In this document: one piece after another, positions 36,393-50,678 of the stretch | Layout: every line of letters starts with the position of its first letter | How positions within the stretch are numbered: the first letter of the stretch is position 1 | From: Ruditapes philippinarum | Taxonomy: Eukaryota | Length of the DNA: 64,000 nt | Direction of reading: 5' to 3' | NCBI RefSeq assembly: GCF_026571515.1 | Contig: NW_026855093.1 | Coordinates: 62,001-126,000 of the forward strand | Notes under the pieces: model-generated | What the model was told of the DNA's origin: nothing | What the model saw: only the letters and a program-made list of their open reading frames with translations | Databases searched by the model: none | Program-made: the position numbers and the translations under genes

Positions 36393-39300
36393 TTAAGTAA
36401 AATTGTTTGCATCTTTTTTACAGATATATTGAAATTTGTAAAACTTGAAACAAGGATAGTCATTCCACATATTATATGGGGATTCAAATCCCATAATAAC
36501 GCAGTTCTGCACTCTTCCTCCATTTGGCTCTCCTGATCTAAAGTATCTGAAAAAGACAAGCATGTAATACATACAAAATTTTTCAATAAATTGAATCATT
36601 AACACACCTTTATCAGACTTCCTACTTTTGGGCTGACATCTCAAATCTAATACCTCTTTAAACATTTCTCAAGTAAACAACTATTGCTAATATGTCGTTA
36701 TAACAATAGGGTTCGATAAACGATTTGCAATTTGTGAACCCCTGACCTCGGATTCATTAAAATAATGTAACGAATCAAGATCAGAATGACAATTAGTCAT
36801 TCAAAATCAAGGTATAAAAGGTAGTTTTTCCTCTCTTATTTTACATTTTCTATCCACCGTTTTTAATGTCCCAAAACCATATATACAGCGGTCTAAGGTA
36901 CAAAAATATTCCTTATTAAAATCCATTAATTTTGAACCTTGACCAACATGGGTCAGGTTGGAGATTTATCATGTGCTCTAAATGTCGTAGTGAACACGTG
37001 ACACCGTAAAATACACACGAAGTGAACAAATTAGACTTGTTTCACTTGCACTCTCCGCCATGTTTGTAATAGTAACTGCAAAGGCATGTTCTTGTCACAT
37101 GATGTCTTCAAACATAAATTGGTGATGATATCTGCATTTCAATTTTTGATAAACGTAAGTTTACATATTTTACATTCAAAATTATATCAAGCCAGGCAAA
37201 CTGTCTCTCCGTTGAATCTGGTGATGCTCCCCGAATAGGGTTTGGACACAGAAAAGTACACCTCTTGTAGATTAAGAGTTAAGTCCCGGATAAAGTTTAA
37301 AGTGCAATTATTCAAAAATTAGGCAAGGAAGAGTAACTTGAATGTTCTTTGTACCACACTTTTACTCGATGCCATCTATCTATCGGCAAAGTTTCTTGTT
37401 GATATCTCCTGTAGTTTCACTGTTATGTCCCACACAATGTTTACAGTTTAAAATTGAAAAACGGCAATAACTCCAAACATAGGCAAGTCAGACTTGCGTT
37501 TCTTTGCACTGCATATATAAGCTATGAGATCTATCTACTTACAAATTTTCATGTTGATATCTCATAGTTTCAGCGTTATGTCCCGGAAAAAAATCATGGT
37601 GTAAACGTGAACAAAGGGCAATAACTTCAAAATAAGGAAAGGCAGAGTTATGGTGTTTTACACTGCACAGTGTCTTGCTGAAATCGCTTTTACTTTCAGC
37701 TTTATGTCCTGGAAAATATTCTTAGTGTTAAAATGAACAAAGGGCAATAACTACAAAATTAGCCAAGCAGAATTTTACTGCATTGCAGTTTTACTCGATA
37801 AGATCTATCTTACTATTTAGTTTCTTGTTGATCTCTCTTATGGTTTATAGTAATGTTCTGGACAAATTCCAAAGTAAAAAAGTAAACAAAGGGCAACAAC
37901 TCAGAAATTATTCAAGGCAAAGTCATTGTTCTTCTGCTATGCATTTCTACTCAATGATATATATATACCTGATATTTCGTACAGTTTCAGAGTCAAGTTC
38001 AGTACAAAGTTTATAGTGTCAAATTGAATAAAGGGCAATAACTCAAAAATCAGGCAAGCAGAGCTACAGTTCTTTTGATTTGCATTTTTACTCAAAAAGA
38101 TCTATCTATCTTCCTGCTAAGTTTCTTATTGATATCTCTAAGGTTTCAGAGTTACGTCCCGGACAAAGTTCAAAGTGTAAAAATAAACAAAGGGCAATAA
38201 CCCTATACTTAGGGAAAACAGATATACGTTTTTTTGCACTGCATTTTGTCTCAATGAGATCTATCTACCTACACGGTTTCTTGTTGAGAACTTTTGTGGT
38301 TTCAGAGTTATGTCCCGGACAATGATCAAAGTGAAAAATTTAAAAAATGCAATATTTCCGAAATTAAGGCAGTAAGACTTACGGTCTTTAATTGTGGTTT
38401 TTCGTTGAGCATTAAAATCATATAAAATTTATTTCGGAACCCATCAAGCTTTGTTTTCATTTTTGAGGGTCCAAAATAGATATCAAATGCTTTTTGTAAC
38501 TAAAATAACAAAGTTCTGCCAAAATGTCAAGAAAATGGTGGTATGAAATATAGAGGTCTTCTGACATTGTTGAATACAATATTGATTATATTGGACTCAT
38601 AAAAGCTACAAAACCTATATCAAACTCGGCTAGAACCTCGTCCAATATAGTATTTACAGCTGTGTACTGTAATTACATTTAGTCTTGTACTGAAAAATGT
38701 ATAGTTTAGATATTATCCATATGATTAACTCCATATCACCCAAAGTAGGCCTATATCACCAAAGAAGTGAGTTCCGTAAATTTAAATAAATGTAAGTTAA
38801 AAATGGCATATTTTTTTAGTTTGTCTTACAATTAGCATGACATATTTTTCTGTAATTATCAAAATTTGTTTATTTTAATTTACTTAATGTTATCATTTAG
38901 ATGAACAAGAGCCACAGCCGGGAGGTTGCAAACACGACTTTTAAAGGTTGGAATAGTCTGAGTTTTCCTTAGAATTTTATGGTATTAATTAATCTTAAAG
39001 TACAAACCAAATTTATTGTTGTGTTATGTGGTCATGTCTCACTTTTGTCCTTTTGTTATGGGTCATTGAACTGGTTTAAAAACAGAAAACGTGCTTTCGC
39101 CTCGTGTTCGTCTTCAAATGAAGAGTACTTCGGCAATGACTACGAAAACGGCTGAGAGCAAAACGAATTGTTACTTAGTCTCTAGTTATAATATGTTTTC
39201 ATAGATATTCATGGGCCAAAAGAGCGAGATCTTAATTCATTAATTAGAATGAGAATTTGTGGTTATTGATCATTCAATCATTCAATAATAAAAGAAGTAA

Positions 39301-41162
39301 AACTAATTAAAATGAGCATACGTACGTAAAAAGGCGCAGTTTGACCTGTTCGAAATGAAACCCTGTTTTTTTTCTTCTTCCTCATCAGAGTATCCAATCC
39401 GCGTAGATCTGGTGATCCTAAACTTTTCGGCGACAAAATTATTCTCTTCTAGACTTTCAAAGTCTGCAAAAGTTGCTCCAAGAAGATTACAATCGACACG
39501 TGCTTCACTGAACGTGTTCTTATTTTTTATAAAAAGATAACAACGTGCTAAAAATTGTGTCCAGCCCTGTGGACATATTTTGATATCATTAAGATCATTA
39601 ATCACTTTTACTTGGGATTTCTTTAAACTTCAAGTTCTGCCTTCTGTGCATTAATCAAAATATTTTGACTTTCCATAAGCTTCTTATTTTGAATTAATGC
39701 TTCGGTCATTTCTCTTAGCTTCGCTTGGATTTTGTCATCAATATCTGTAACCATCGATTCAAAATCAGATTTCACATCTCCAATGTTGCCTATTACTTCA
39801 GTTTTAAACTTAGAATAATTCTTGATCAACAGGCTGTTTTGTAAATTTACTTGATTTGTTAAGTCTGAGAACTGTCCGTTTAACAGATCAGTTTCTTTAC
39901 TGAACTGAATAGTAAGTTTTTCAACTTGATCCCTAGTCCATTTTTTCTCACTTTCGATTCCAAGCGACACTAGCATTTTGCTTTATTACCCCTCACTTTT
40001 TTCGTAATGCTAATTTCCCATAGGCCTCTGGGTGTTAGTCTTACTGTTAATGCAAGTGTACCACGTGACTACGAATTTTGTACTGTTACATAGGTAACAG
40101 TATTTTTTAACAGTATAAAATCTGGTCACGTGGTCTTTTTTCTAAATAAAATGAAATAAAACGGCCGCCATTTTTTTCTCGATTCATTCTTATTTTCGAC
40201 GATAGGGCATCGCCGAAGTAACTATTACTCTGATAAAATTTAGTTCTTTGCACCCTAGAGTCCCTTTCGCGTATTAAATATCTTTTTGTTGAATAGTCAA
40301 CAGGAAACATCCGTTTACAACGGAAGTAATTGTAATGTAAATAATTTTGTGTCAAACTGGAACATGCAGACAATTAAAGCATACAACAAAGGATAATTTA
40401 ACAATTTTAACCAGTGAAACGTTACAGATAGAGTTGGTGGACAGACATCTGTAGGATATCATCGTTATTTTCTAAATGCACTTTGTCAAAAACCATGCGA
40501 AGAATATTCTGGATGCAGAAGGATCAGATTTCACAGATCATATTCTTATAAATGGGTTAGTGTTTTGTTTTCTGAATAAAACACAGCTTATTTTATGTTT
40601 ATGACTGGTAGATATCATCACTTGCCTAAAGAATAAAAGAAAAATAGCTTCTCAAGTAGGCCTACAGTGCACTTAAAACTTGCAAGGTAAGGACAGTTTA
40701 GTTATTGCTTCTCGTGGCTTATTTTTGTTACAGTTAGATTTAGTTGCCAAATTCAGATCATCACAGTATTTGTTCGGGTTCGGCTACGCCTCGGGTAACA
40801 GTATTTTCCTCGGGATGATATTTTTACTGTTACCCACAAACCCATGTGTTATTTATATAATGTTTATCAATTTTGAAAATTTCTTTTTTATTTTTGTGTT
40901 CTCCTTTCTGTTTTAAAATCTCGAATTTAGGGCACATCTGTTCCTTCATGTGTATGACAGTATTATTAAGCTCTTCGTAATTTTGTTGCAAGTTTGTGAA
41001 CATTTCATTCGCCAGTTCGTTGTCATTATTCATACGCGTTTCTACAAAACCGATTCGTTTTTCGACCATTGTTAATCTCTTCCTCAGAGTTGCGTCAACA
41101 AACGACATTGCAGAAAATACAACAACAATTGTAACGTATTTGAGATAAATTTCCATCACCAT
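36393..41162 (-). pseudogene. Secreted coiled-coil + C-type lectin (EPN/WND, mannose-type) pseudogene
   Basis: Exon 1 about 41162-40841 (signal peptide + coiled coil). Exon 2 about 40043-39326 (coiled coil, then CPQGW...CYLF...ARVDC...RIGYSD). Exon 3 36546-36393 (GEPNGG..NCV...WNDYPC...YICK). Frameshifts near 39980, 39629 and 39330-39370. WIG is changed to RIG. Confidence 0.85.
37190..38380. repeat. Degenerate tandem array of about 150-bp units within a HINE/pearl-like element (intron of the CTL pseudogene)
   Basis: Recurrent 'aaagggcaataact...gatctatct...gtttcttgttgatatctc...ttatgtccc' at about 37460, 37613, 37740, 37889, 38031 and 38190. Confidence 0.8.
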
Positions 41163-41721
41163 ATTTTGTCTTATTTAACAAACTTTAAGGATGTAGAAAA
41201 CATTTATGAACACTTTTTTTTCGTCGTACACTAAAACACTTAATTTTCTTTTAAAACATTTCTTAAATGAGGAAAAAAACTTTAACAAATTAGATCATGC
41301 GTACCACTTAAGATAAACATGTTTGTAATGAAACTTATATTTTGTGTTTCCGGTACTTAATATATCACTTGAATAGTGAATGCGTTTTAATTTATAGTGT
41401 TTCGTGAATATAGCTCTCTGAATTTGACCTTTGCTCTACACATATTTTACAACGCTTAATTTTATTGTAAACGTTGTTAATTGGAGATCTTTTTAAAGAT
41501 GCATTGTTTTTCTTGTTTATTTGATGACCAGTTCAGGCACTATAATAGTGCTATATGTAATGGTGTTTACATACATACAAGAGGAGAGGTATTACAAACG
41601 GGCATTATTTTTAAATCATTTTGCAATAAAAGTCACATTATTATGGTAATTCTTATTTCAATGCCATATCAGTTCAATATTTTAAAGCATCGATTGCTAA
41701 GTGATTTCATTTATTCAATTT

Positions 41722-41890
41722 TGTTTTGGTTGGGTTTAATTTGAGGTCATTTGGCGACTTTTCAGTTTTAAAGGTAGAGGAAGACATCAGGTGACCCTCC
41801 GTATATTATTTCAAGCACGAGCGGAATCCTGAGTTCTTTACTCATATGAAAAAAGTTCCTGGGGGGACTTCGAATTGACACCAGTAGGAA
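41722..41890 (-). mobile_element. Degenerate tRNA-SINE copy
   Basis: 'gaggaagacatcaggtgaccctccgtatattatttcaagcacgagcgg...cctgag' matches the SINE at 18317-18576. Confidence 0.7.
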
Positions 41891-44800
41891 AAACTAGAAA
41901 ACTCATAGAAGTTTAGAAATGACCCGATGACAAGCGGTTTTTAACCAATGCAGTAAACTTGTTTTAATTTTAGAAATATTAATAACTTTGTCATATATTT
42001 TTGAATTATGGGCGTGTTTATTCGACCGATTATTTTCACACATTAATTATCTAGATAGAGAGAATAATAATGCGCGTTTAGGCAAAAAAAATCACAATCA
42101 TTCCCTAGAAATTGTTGGTTCTAGGAACGAATTATAGAGAGTGCGTCTATAACTTTTTAAGGATTAAAACCATTAACTTAATGCAAAATGTAGGTTTAAT
42201 TGAAAAAATGTTTGTTGAACAAAGCATTGTTTGAATATGTTCCAACATTAGTTGAAATTATCTTATATCTACTTTTTATGATATCAGAAACTTCTTGCCA
42301 ATGTAAACACACTTTGTCACTTACCAAATATGTCATGGTATTAAGTTTGTTTATTTTTCTCTTTTCTACAACCAGGCAGCTTTTCCGTAAAGGCAGATAT
42401 TCTATATAAAAATGTAAAGATTTATATTTATATACATGTTAATATGTTCAGCGATTAAAATTGTATACTGACTGAAATAAATACAATACTAATATAAATA
42501 AGTGTGAAGAGCACAGATATGACTTTTGAAAATAAAATATAAATAATTGAATGTGCATGTTAACAATTTAATAAATACATTGAATGCAAATAAAGTCATT
42601 ATCAAAACTGTTATTTGGTGATAAGTACACAAAACAAGCAGATATATTTCTAAAATATAAATTATAACAACAAGTATGAAAAAAACAGACATGTTTTATT
42701 GTGAAAAAACAGATATAGACGTTTTATCTTATTATAATATTATAACTTTTCTTTTTTGCGCAAAATGTGGCGTCTATTAACGTAGACGTTTGTTTTATAC
42801 GTTAACGTCATTTTCTTTATGTATCAACTGACGAAGCCAATAAAGCGAAACATGTTTTGATATTTAAATTTGTGTTGGTTTTGATCTATTTGTCCTATAA
42901 AATATAAATACTACAGGCTATGAATGTAGACACTGAATATATCACATATCTTTCTGCTTCTAAAACAACATCCTGATTTTTTAAAACTAAAATAGCTTCA
43001 AAATATCACACTTTACGAATGTACCGATACTATTGTTTTTTTTTTAATTTTACGCTCTTTATTTTAAATTCAAGAACGCGTCAAAGAAAGTCAAAAAGAT
43101 TTTGAGAAAAAACACCGTATTACTTCCGTTCTCTAACAAAGGTAAAATAGTATCATACAATATACTAATGTACAGAACTAGCAAATCGATTGTGCTAGTA
43201 ACATTTTGTACTGCACTCTGAATCTATCTTCGTTTTAAACCTTTTCTATAACAAATATCTACCTGTGTCTCCAGAGATTTAGAATAGATTGAAACACAAA
43301 GGAATGTCTCATCATTTATGCAGATGTGACACCCTTTTGAAAACTCATTGTATTGCGTTTTCCCTTCTTTATGCAATTGTCTGACAAAAGGCCTAGCTGG
43401 TAACTTTCAAATTGTCATTATCCTCTTGGTAAAATGAACAACGGATAAAACAACAGATGAAAAATTACGTTCAAATGTATTTGAATATAAATTATAATTA
43501 AGCTATATTGGGTTTTTGAAGGGAAATTGAATTTCATATATGAGATATTTGATATAAGTCAAGAGAACAGTACATTATTTGCAGAAAAAGTGGTTTATAA
43601 ATAGTTAATCAAATGGCAATGGCTGTTCATGCCCATAAGATGCATGGATCTATAGGCATTTCTTTCAGGCGCGATCAGTTTTTTTTTAATAATTGTAAAT
43701 TTCAGCCTTTTAACGGAAATAGGTGAAGTTTAAATACAAGCAGAAAAAAACGCCATAATAATTATAATTGTTCATCAAAAACGACTGTCAGCAGAGATAA
43801 TACGTGCAATGTGAAAAATATCTTTAGAAAACTAAATTTAATGTCTTCAACTTCGTCATGTCTTAATCTAAGAAGCACCCTTTTATCAAGAATTATGTTT
43901 TAAAATAAAACAATAGCAGCGTTACGAAAACTTATTTTGATATACAAATGTATAACAATTTTAACATTTATGACACGGTCATATGGATTATTGCTTATGT
44001 AAGTAATTTGTGAAATAGTAAAAAATCAAATTCAGCTGATGAATGTATCTTTGACGGATTATTGAGTAGTACATACGTTTTTAGGAAACTCTGATTGATG
44101 AAAAACATATATTATTTAAGATTTGTTCCATGCATTAATTTTTTTTTTATCAAAAACGTATTTATATAAGGAGAAAAATAAATGGCCGTATCTTTCGGAT
44201 GAGCTTGACTGACTGATAAGATTATGCAACTCGGTCTGATACCTGACACATGTTCTCCATATGCATGACCGACATTCACGAGCATTCTTTCCAGCTTTTA
44301 CAGGTGAATTTAGAATGATAACTCTGGATCATCCCTCAAATACTCTCTAATTATTTGGATTTATTATAATTAATGAATGGTGTATTATACCACTTTATTA
44401 ACAAAAACGATAACTAAATTGTGTCCAGACTCTATACTGCCTGTGGCTCAATTTTTCATATTAAAATGCCTTATGCTTGAACGATCAAACTTCAACGCAG
44501 GGAAATTTCATTGCACAATATCAACAAGTTGGGGAAAAATTTCTCCTGAGAAAAAACCTTTCTTGATCTTAGAATATGCCACACAAGATAGTAATCCGAT
44601 CTAGCATATTTTCCCTACATTTCATTTTGATGTCTTTCATTCAACTTATCGTACAAAAATTGGTTATGGGGAGTTTTTAAAAAAAATATTTCAAGCTATA
44701 CTAGATTTTAATATTTGAAAAACAGGACACTTATAAGAATGTTCAGTTTGGTTTTATGGTGCAGCAACACAGTTAAAAATAAGTTTAAATAGTTGTACTG

Positions 44801-45149
44801 AATAAAGCGTACGTAATTCTTTCATCGAAATAGATGTTATTTTGTTTTGTGACTAGCGACACAATAGACAAAAACAAAAAAATATATATTTACTACACGA
44901 AAATGTAGACGGTAACCCCAAATTTATTTTCACTTATACACCGAATGTTTTGTTTTACTTACTTACATATAAGTATATATAGCATATTTTAAGATCATTC
45001 GTAGTTCTGTTAATTTGAAATCTCTTATGTAGTTTTCATTATGCTATTTGACCAAACACTTATTTTCAAATCATTGTAAACACAACAATAGAATGTTGCT
45101 TTGTCATTTTTATCGTTGTTTTCGTCTATTATGATAAAATAGAGAAAAA

Positions 45150-45300
45150 CGGAATCCCTGAATAACACCTATTAAAGAGGCAAAATTAACAATGTTGTAG
45201 ACTCGGTTTGACCGGTTTTGTCATGGACGGTTCTAAAAAATGCAAGTTACCGTTTACACATCCTAGTACCGGTTCGATCAAAATTTAAAAAGTTTAGCAT
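45150..45300. mobile_element. Family X repeat copy
   Basis: 'gactcggtttgaccgg...catggacggtt...gcaagttaccgt' core. Confidence 0.7.
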
Positions 45301-46789
45301 GACATAGTGAAAGTTAAACCATATAAGACTTTGAAGATTCTTCGTGAAAGACAAATGTGATAACAGTCCTGTTTAGAGCGGGAACTAAAACTTAAACATC
45401 GCTTTGCATGTCCCTCCTGTTTGATCAGTGGAACATATTAACCAACTCTTCTCCCATCTGTCTTATATTGTTGATGTTTCACAAAAACATTTCATCAGTT
45501 GAACGTTTCAACCAAATATTTTTTTATTTGTCTTCTGTCTTTGATGAAACACAGCCAAATTAGTTTTATGACATTGTAAAATAAACAAATGTTAACTAAT
45601 TATTTAGATTCATAACAGATGTCTGTTTTAACGAAATTAAAATTACATTTTCTTAAATGCGTGATGCCTGCCTTGCTTTGCCTGTCAAATTGATGGTTAT
45701 TCATACAATATATTGTTTTTCTGTAGCACGTTCTATAATTATTGCTTTAAATTTACTTTAACAAGCAAATACCACGCCCTGTGCAAACACTTGAAGAAAT
45801 TTAAATTAAATGATTTGTTCACGCCCCTGCTGTCTCCTTAGGGCTTTAGCAGTTATATATATACAGTCGAGTTAACAAACGACCGTATATGTTGACGCAG
45901 GTTCCAGAGTAACACCTGTAAGAAAAGATGATAACTTTCAGGTTTGCTTCCATGATTTGGACTTTGGAAGGTATGTTGTTAATCATATTTTATTTTCCTT
46001 TCATATTTTTATCTGTTTATGTCTGGAGGTTAGTACGATGCGTTTTGCTATTGTTTTTATTTTTTGTCTTGATTTTAGAAAGAGAGAACACTTCCAAAAT
46101 GCGTTTAAAAGAAATATGTTAGTATATTTCTTGAAAGGCAAATTGCGCGTGCCCCAAAACATTGCTTACCGGTTATAACCATACATTGAATAGCAACGTA
46201 CTATTTTATTCTGGAACATTTTTTATTCTGTTTACGTATAATATTATGTGTTTTAAATGAAAACAGAAATTCAATAGACCAACCATAATATTATGGAAAC
46301 AATTCTTATAATGGAACAAATGAATTTTATAAAAGTTCTTCATAATGCACAACTTTATACCTTTTGACTAAATATTTACATCGGCTTAACATTGTTCAAA
46401 AATAATCGTAAGCCCATCCTGGTGTTGACGTGTATTACTCTTTAAGCTTTAACTTATAGTGGTCGACTGTTTTGTTTGTTTGACTGTTTGAAGAGTAAGT
46501 GTCCAGTCAAGAAGTCTTTCTTCGTGTATATTAATTCAGCTGAATTTCAGAAATGCTTTGATATTACCTGTGGTGCCCGTTTCCTTTTTGTCTTTGACTC
46601 ATTTCCACTCTAAGTGATCTGCACGTGTTATTTATATTAATTACTTATCTTATCTATAGACCAATTAAAGACCATTCATGTCAAAGTTGGTTAAAGAGAT
46701 ACTGTTTGAAGAAAAATAAGACATTATTGTACTGAAGATTGTATCAAGTAAGATCTAAAATCGTTAAAGTTTGAAATTTGTAAACAGAA

Positions 46790-47765
46790 ATAAACCAAAA
46801 CTATCTTTACATTTAGCGGTCTGTTCCTAAACTTGAACACAACTTGTATAAAATGATGTTACATTAGTGTACAATACGTTTACTCCTTTGATTTTTAGAT
46901 ATTTAACAGACAATATTAAAATATTAAGTGATCTGAATACAAATTAAATTTCAACCTGTATTTCATTTGTTTAAGCCGTGTTCTGATTTCTTTTAAATCA
47001 AGTGACCCCTCATGTGCAAACCATTTCTTTGCAAAATCAGAGATGAAAAGGAGCTAAACTATGTAAACAATTAGTGGCCTAGACCCAAATTAAAATTCAA
47101 CCTGTATTGAAACATGTTACATCTGCGTACGAAGTTCAATCCTTTGGCTGTATGAAGAGTAATCAAGTAGAAGCAACATATTTTTTTTGCTAAACTGAAG
47201 TTGAAAATGGGCGAAACTATTTTAAAATTTAATGGCGTTTATTCATATTTGGTCTTGACTTGTATTTTATGATGTTTCAACAAACTACCAAAGCCAATTT
47301 CATCGAATTGCCTCCTTTAAAAAATATCATCTAAAAACATTATTTTGTGCAAAATTGAAGATGAAAAGGGGACAGAACTGTAAATGGTTTGCAACCAAGT
47401 TTGAACTTGACCTGTGGTTTTTGATAAAACACCTGTGTATCAAAATAATAACAATCTATTGACTTCTTCAGGAGTTATCACCTGAATTCTTTTTGCGAAT
47501 ATCTGACGATGAAAAGGGGCATAACCACGTAATTTTATACTAGTCTGAACCCAAATTAGAAAATGATCTGTTTTTTATAATGTAGCATATGTGTACCAAA
47601 TATTATAACGATCTGTTGACTCCTTCAAGAGTTATCGCCCTGAAACCATTTTGTACCAAATTCTGAAAATTAGAAGAGGCATAACTTTGTTAAAAATTAG
47701 AGGTCTGAACCAAAATTCTAACTTGACTTTTATTTTATGATGTTACACATATGTACCAAAAATTC
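46790..47765. repeat. Degenerate tandem array of about 160-bp units
   Basis: Recurrent 'gatgaaaaggggcataac...ccaaatt.gaacttgacctgtatttt.tgatgtt' at about 47041, 47201, 47361, 47509 and 47671. Confidence 0.75.
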
Positions 47766-50678
47766 CTTAAATTTCTCCTGTTTTTTATATTATAAATACC
47801 TCTGAATTAAGGAAATTCTAAATATTGAATTCCGAACGATTTTCTGGTAAAATTTGGGTTCTTAAATTTACTTCCAAAATCCGGAAATTGAAAAAGGGTG
47901 AAGGAATATAATACTTGTGAAACCATAAAAATGGCAATATCTTCCAATTAGCAGTTAACCATTTATCTTTGACACCTATTAGAATCACAACCTGTCAACC
48001 ATGTCAAACACATGATTTAAGTGTGAAAGTAGCATGATGTGATATTATTTAAGATTAATAGCAGACAGGTACTTCATGAAATGTACTAAAAGATAAATTG
48101 TGATAATTAACATTATCCTATAATTGTTTCAACCAATCAATTAGTAGGTGATAATGAAATTAAAAAAAGACAGTTTTTTAAAGTCCTATAACTTTGCCAC
48201 TTAATAAATTTCATGAACTTCATATATTTTTCGACATGCCTTACTGAAACAATTTATGTTTTATGTTTCTAGTTGTTCAGATAATTCTAAACTTCTGAAT
48301 CGCGGAATTCGAAATTCCGTTTTTTTTGCTAGTCCCACATATGTTCGGTTTTCTGTAGTTATACTGTACTTTTGCGCTTAAAGCAATACTTGCTGCTTTA
48401 TTAAGATGGAGTGAAACAATTTTAAGGTTTTTAGCTGCTATGTAAGGATTTATTAGATTGGCCAAGTAAATTTTGGAGTCAAGCTTCGACATATGCATCA
48501 TATAAAAAGCTGGAATCCAAGCTTCTGCTTAAATTGGGATGGGTTTGGTGTTCTAGGTTGTTTTCTTTTGTTTCCTCAGTTGCGATTGTTCCGTATTTGT
48601 AATACCCTGCCGACTATCATTGTTTTTCTTTCAACGGCTACCAACAGAAATTGATACTGAAACTTCCACTATTTTTACAAAATCTATATGTTTTGTAATT
48701 GTTTTTATTTTATTTTCTTTGAAGGCCACATTCATGTCCAATTTGAAAAATCTGTTTCATATAAGAAATGAGGATATTGTTATGTTTTTTTATAGAAGAA
48801 ATAAGGATATGTTTCTGTAATTTGTTTTGTATATTTGGTTTTTTTATATAACTACTGTTGGGGCACCTATGTTTTGCGGATAAACATTTACCATAGTTAT
48901 ACGTTAATCATCTGAACTTGACAAACTATGAAAGAGACATACATTGAAGTTGTGAATGTGACAAAATTACCTGATATTAAATAGATTTGATAAAGAATAT
49001 TATAAAAGTACTAAAACAAAGTAATAGCATTCTGTTTGTATATGTTCATTTTAAATCATTTAGAATTTTATCAACTTTTGTTTTCAGGCAGCATTTTTTA
49101 TGCAAATCAAAATGATACATTGTTATATTTTTCAATAATTGAAATAATTATATGAAAAATGATTCCATTTTTGACCTATCAATCTAAATTATTTGTATTT
49201 TCTCTCTGCATCTGGTCGCTGTCAAAATGTCATAACTGCTTTAAAACAAAATAAATATCTTTGCCAAACGTTTTTAAATCAAAGTCGAATCAAAATTTTG
49301 ATAAATGCTGTTGACAATTTAAATCAAAACACTTTTTATTTTCATTTTTAAAACAGCCTAGACGAAGGCAATAATTTTAATCTGACTGTTTTTTTCCTTA
49401 AAAATATATTGCTATTCTCACTAGATCAATTTGAAATAAAATTACTGATGAAAGGAAATGACAGTTCAATTTGTATTATTATATTAAATATTTTGATATT
49501 ATTTTGTATCGTTACGTAAATAAAGTGCAATGTAACCATACATACATGCATCGACCTCAATAAAACATAAATGTTTACCACAGTCATGCAAGAATTGATC
49601 GCACTTTACAGAATAGTGCAATATATGTTGAGAAAAATTGGCGCGCGTTTAAAAATAACGGAAGTCACCGAAATATTTGAGGTAAATATTTCGGTTATTT
49701 CTGATTGTATTCTACTGTAACTTATAAAGTTCTTGGATAGATGAACTTGCAATTAAATGATCAGGATGGGGCGGTAAGCATTTATATGTATGCCAGTGTA
49801 ATTTGTGTCCATGTGCGCTGAAGTTCTCGGAACAGATCCTGTTTACTTTTTATTTGCTCTACTTGTCTCTGGCACATTCTTTCTGTCAGAAGCGACATAT
49901 TGTCATTGGTATTGTTCCTGTATTTCACTTATATGAATAATTGTTTTACATTCTTTTAACAATTGACTAGCGAAGAGACTGCTCCGCCGACTGATTCACG
50001 TGACCCGGCCATTTAGTACCTTAGACAAAAGACGGTACCGACGTTAATGGGAAACTATTCTGCCACTAAATTTACTAATGAATTTACCATGATATATAAT
50101 TTGGTATACATAAAATTTTAATGCTTTTTTGAATTGTTCAATGTATTATGGTATTTAAAAAGTAACACATAACTGAATTCATGCATTACTGATGAATAAA
50201 TTTTAAACGTTTGGCAAAATTTAAATGACATGTCTTTGAACGAGTCTTCGAATGCGTTAGAAAAATTATAAGTCGTCATTATTTTACCGGAACAAAGAAT
50301 CGTACCTTGTTTGGTTTTGATAAAACAGAACAAATTGAATTTCTACTTTTGCAATCTTTTTCTGATATATAAATTTAATATTCTGTTGTTTTTCATGTGC
50401 CAGATTCTTGTCAGAAAAGAAGAAACGATGTTTCAATTTAAGATTATGAAACGGTCGTTCAATATTCATATCAATTGTAAAGCAAAAGGTTTCATATAGC
50501 AGTAACAAAACAGGTACATTTTTGTATGCTTCAGTCATTTATATCAGGAGTAACTAAACAAGTTAATCATTTAATTTTCATCTACAATTTTTACCATCGA
50601 AAGCAGAACAGATAAGTCATAATACTATAAAAGCATATTTAATTATGATAGATAAAATTAAATCAGTTATTTTCCTAT

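Noticed and set aside
43200-50100. Scattered coding-looking patches (e.g. 44170-44305, 48280-48700)
   Set aside because: Stops in all frames and no recognisable motifs or consistent exon chain.
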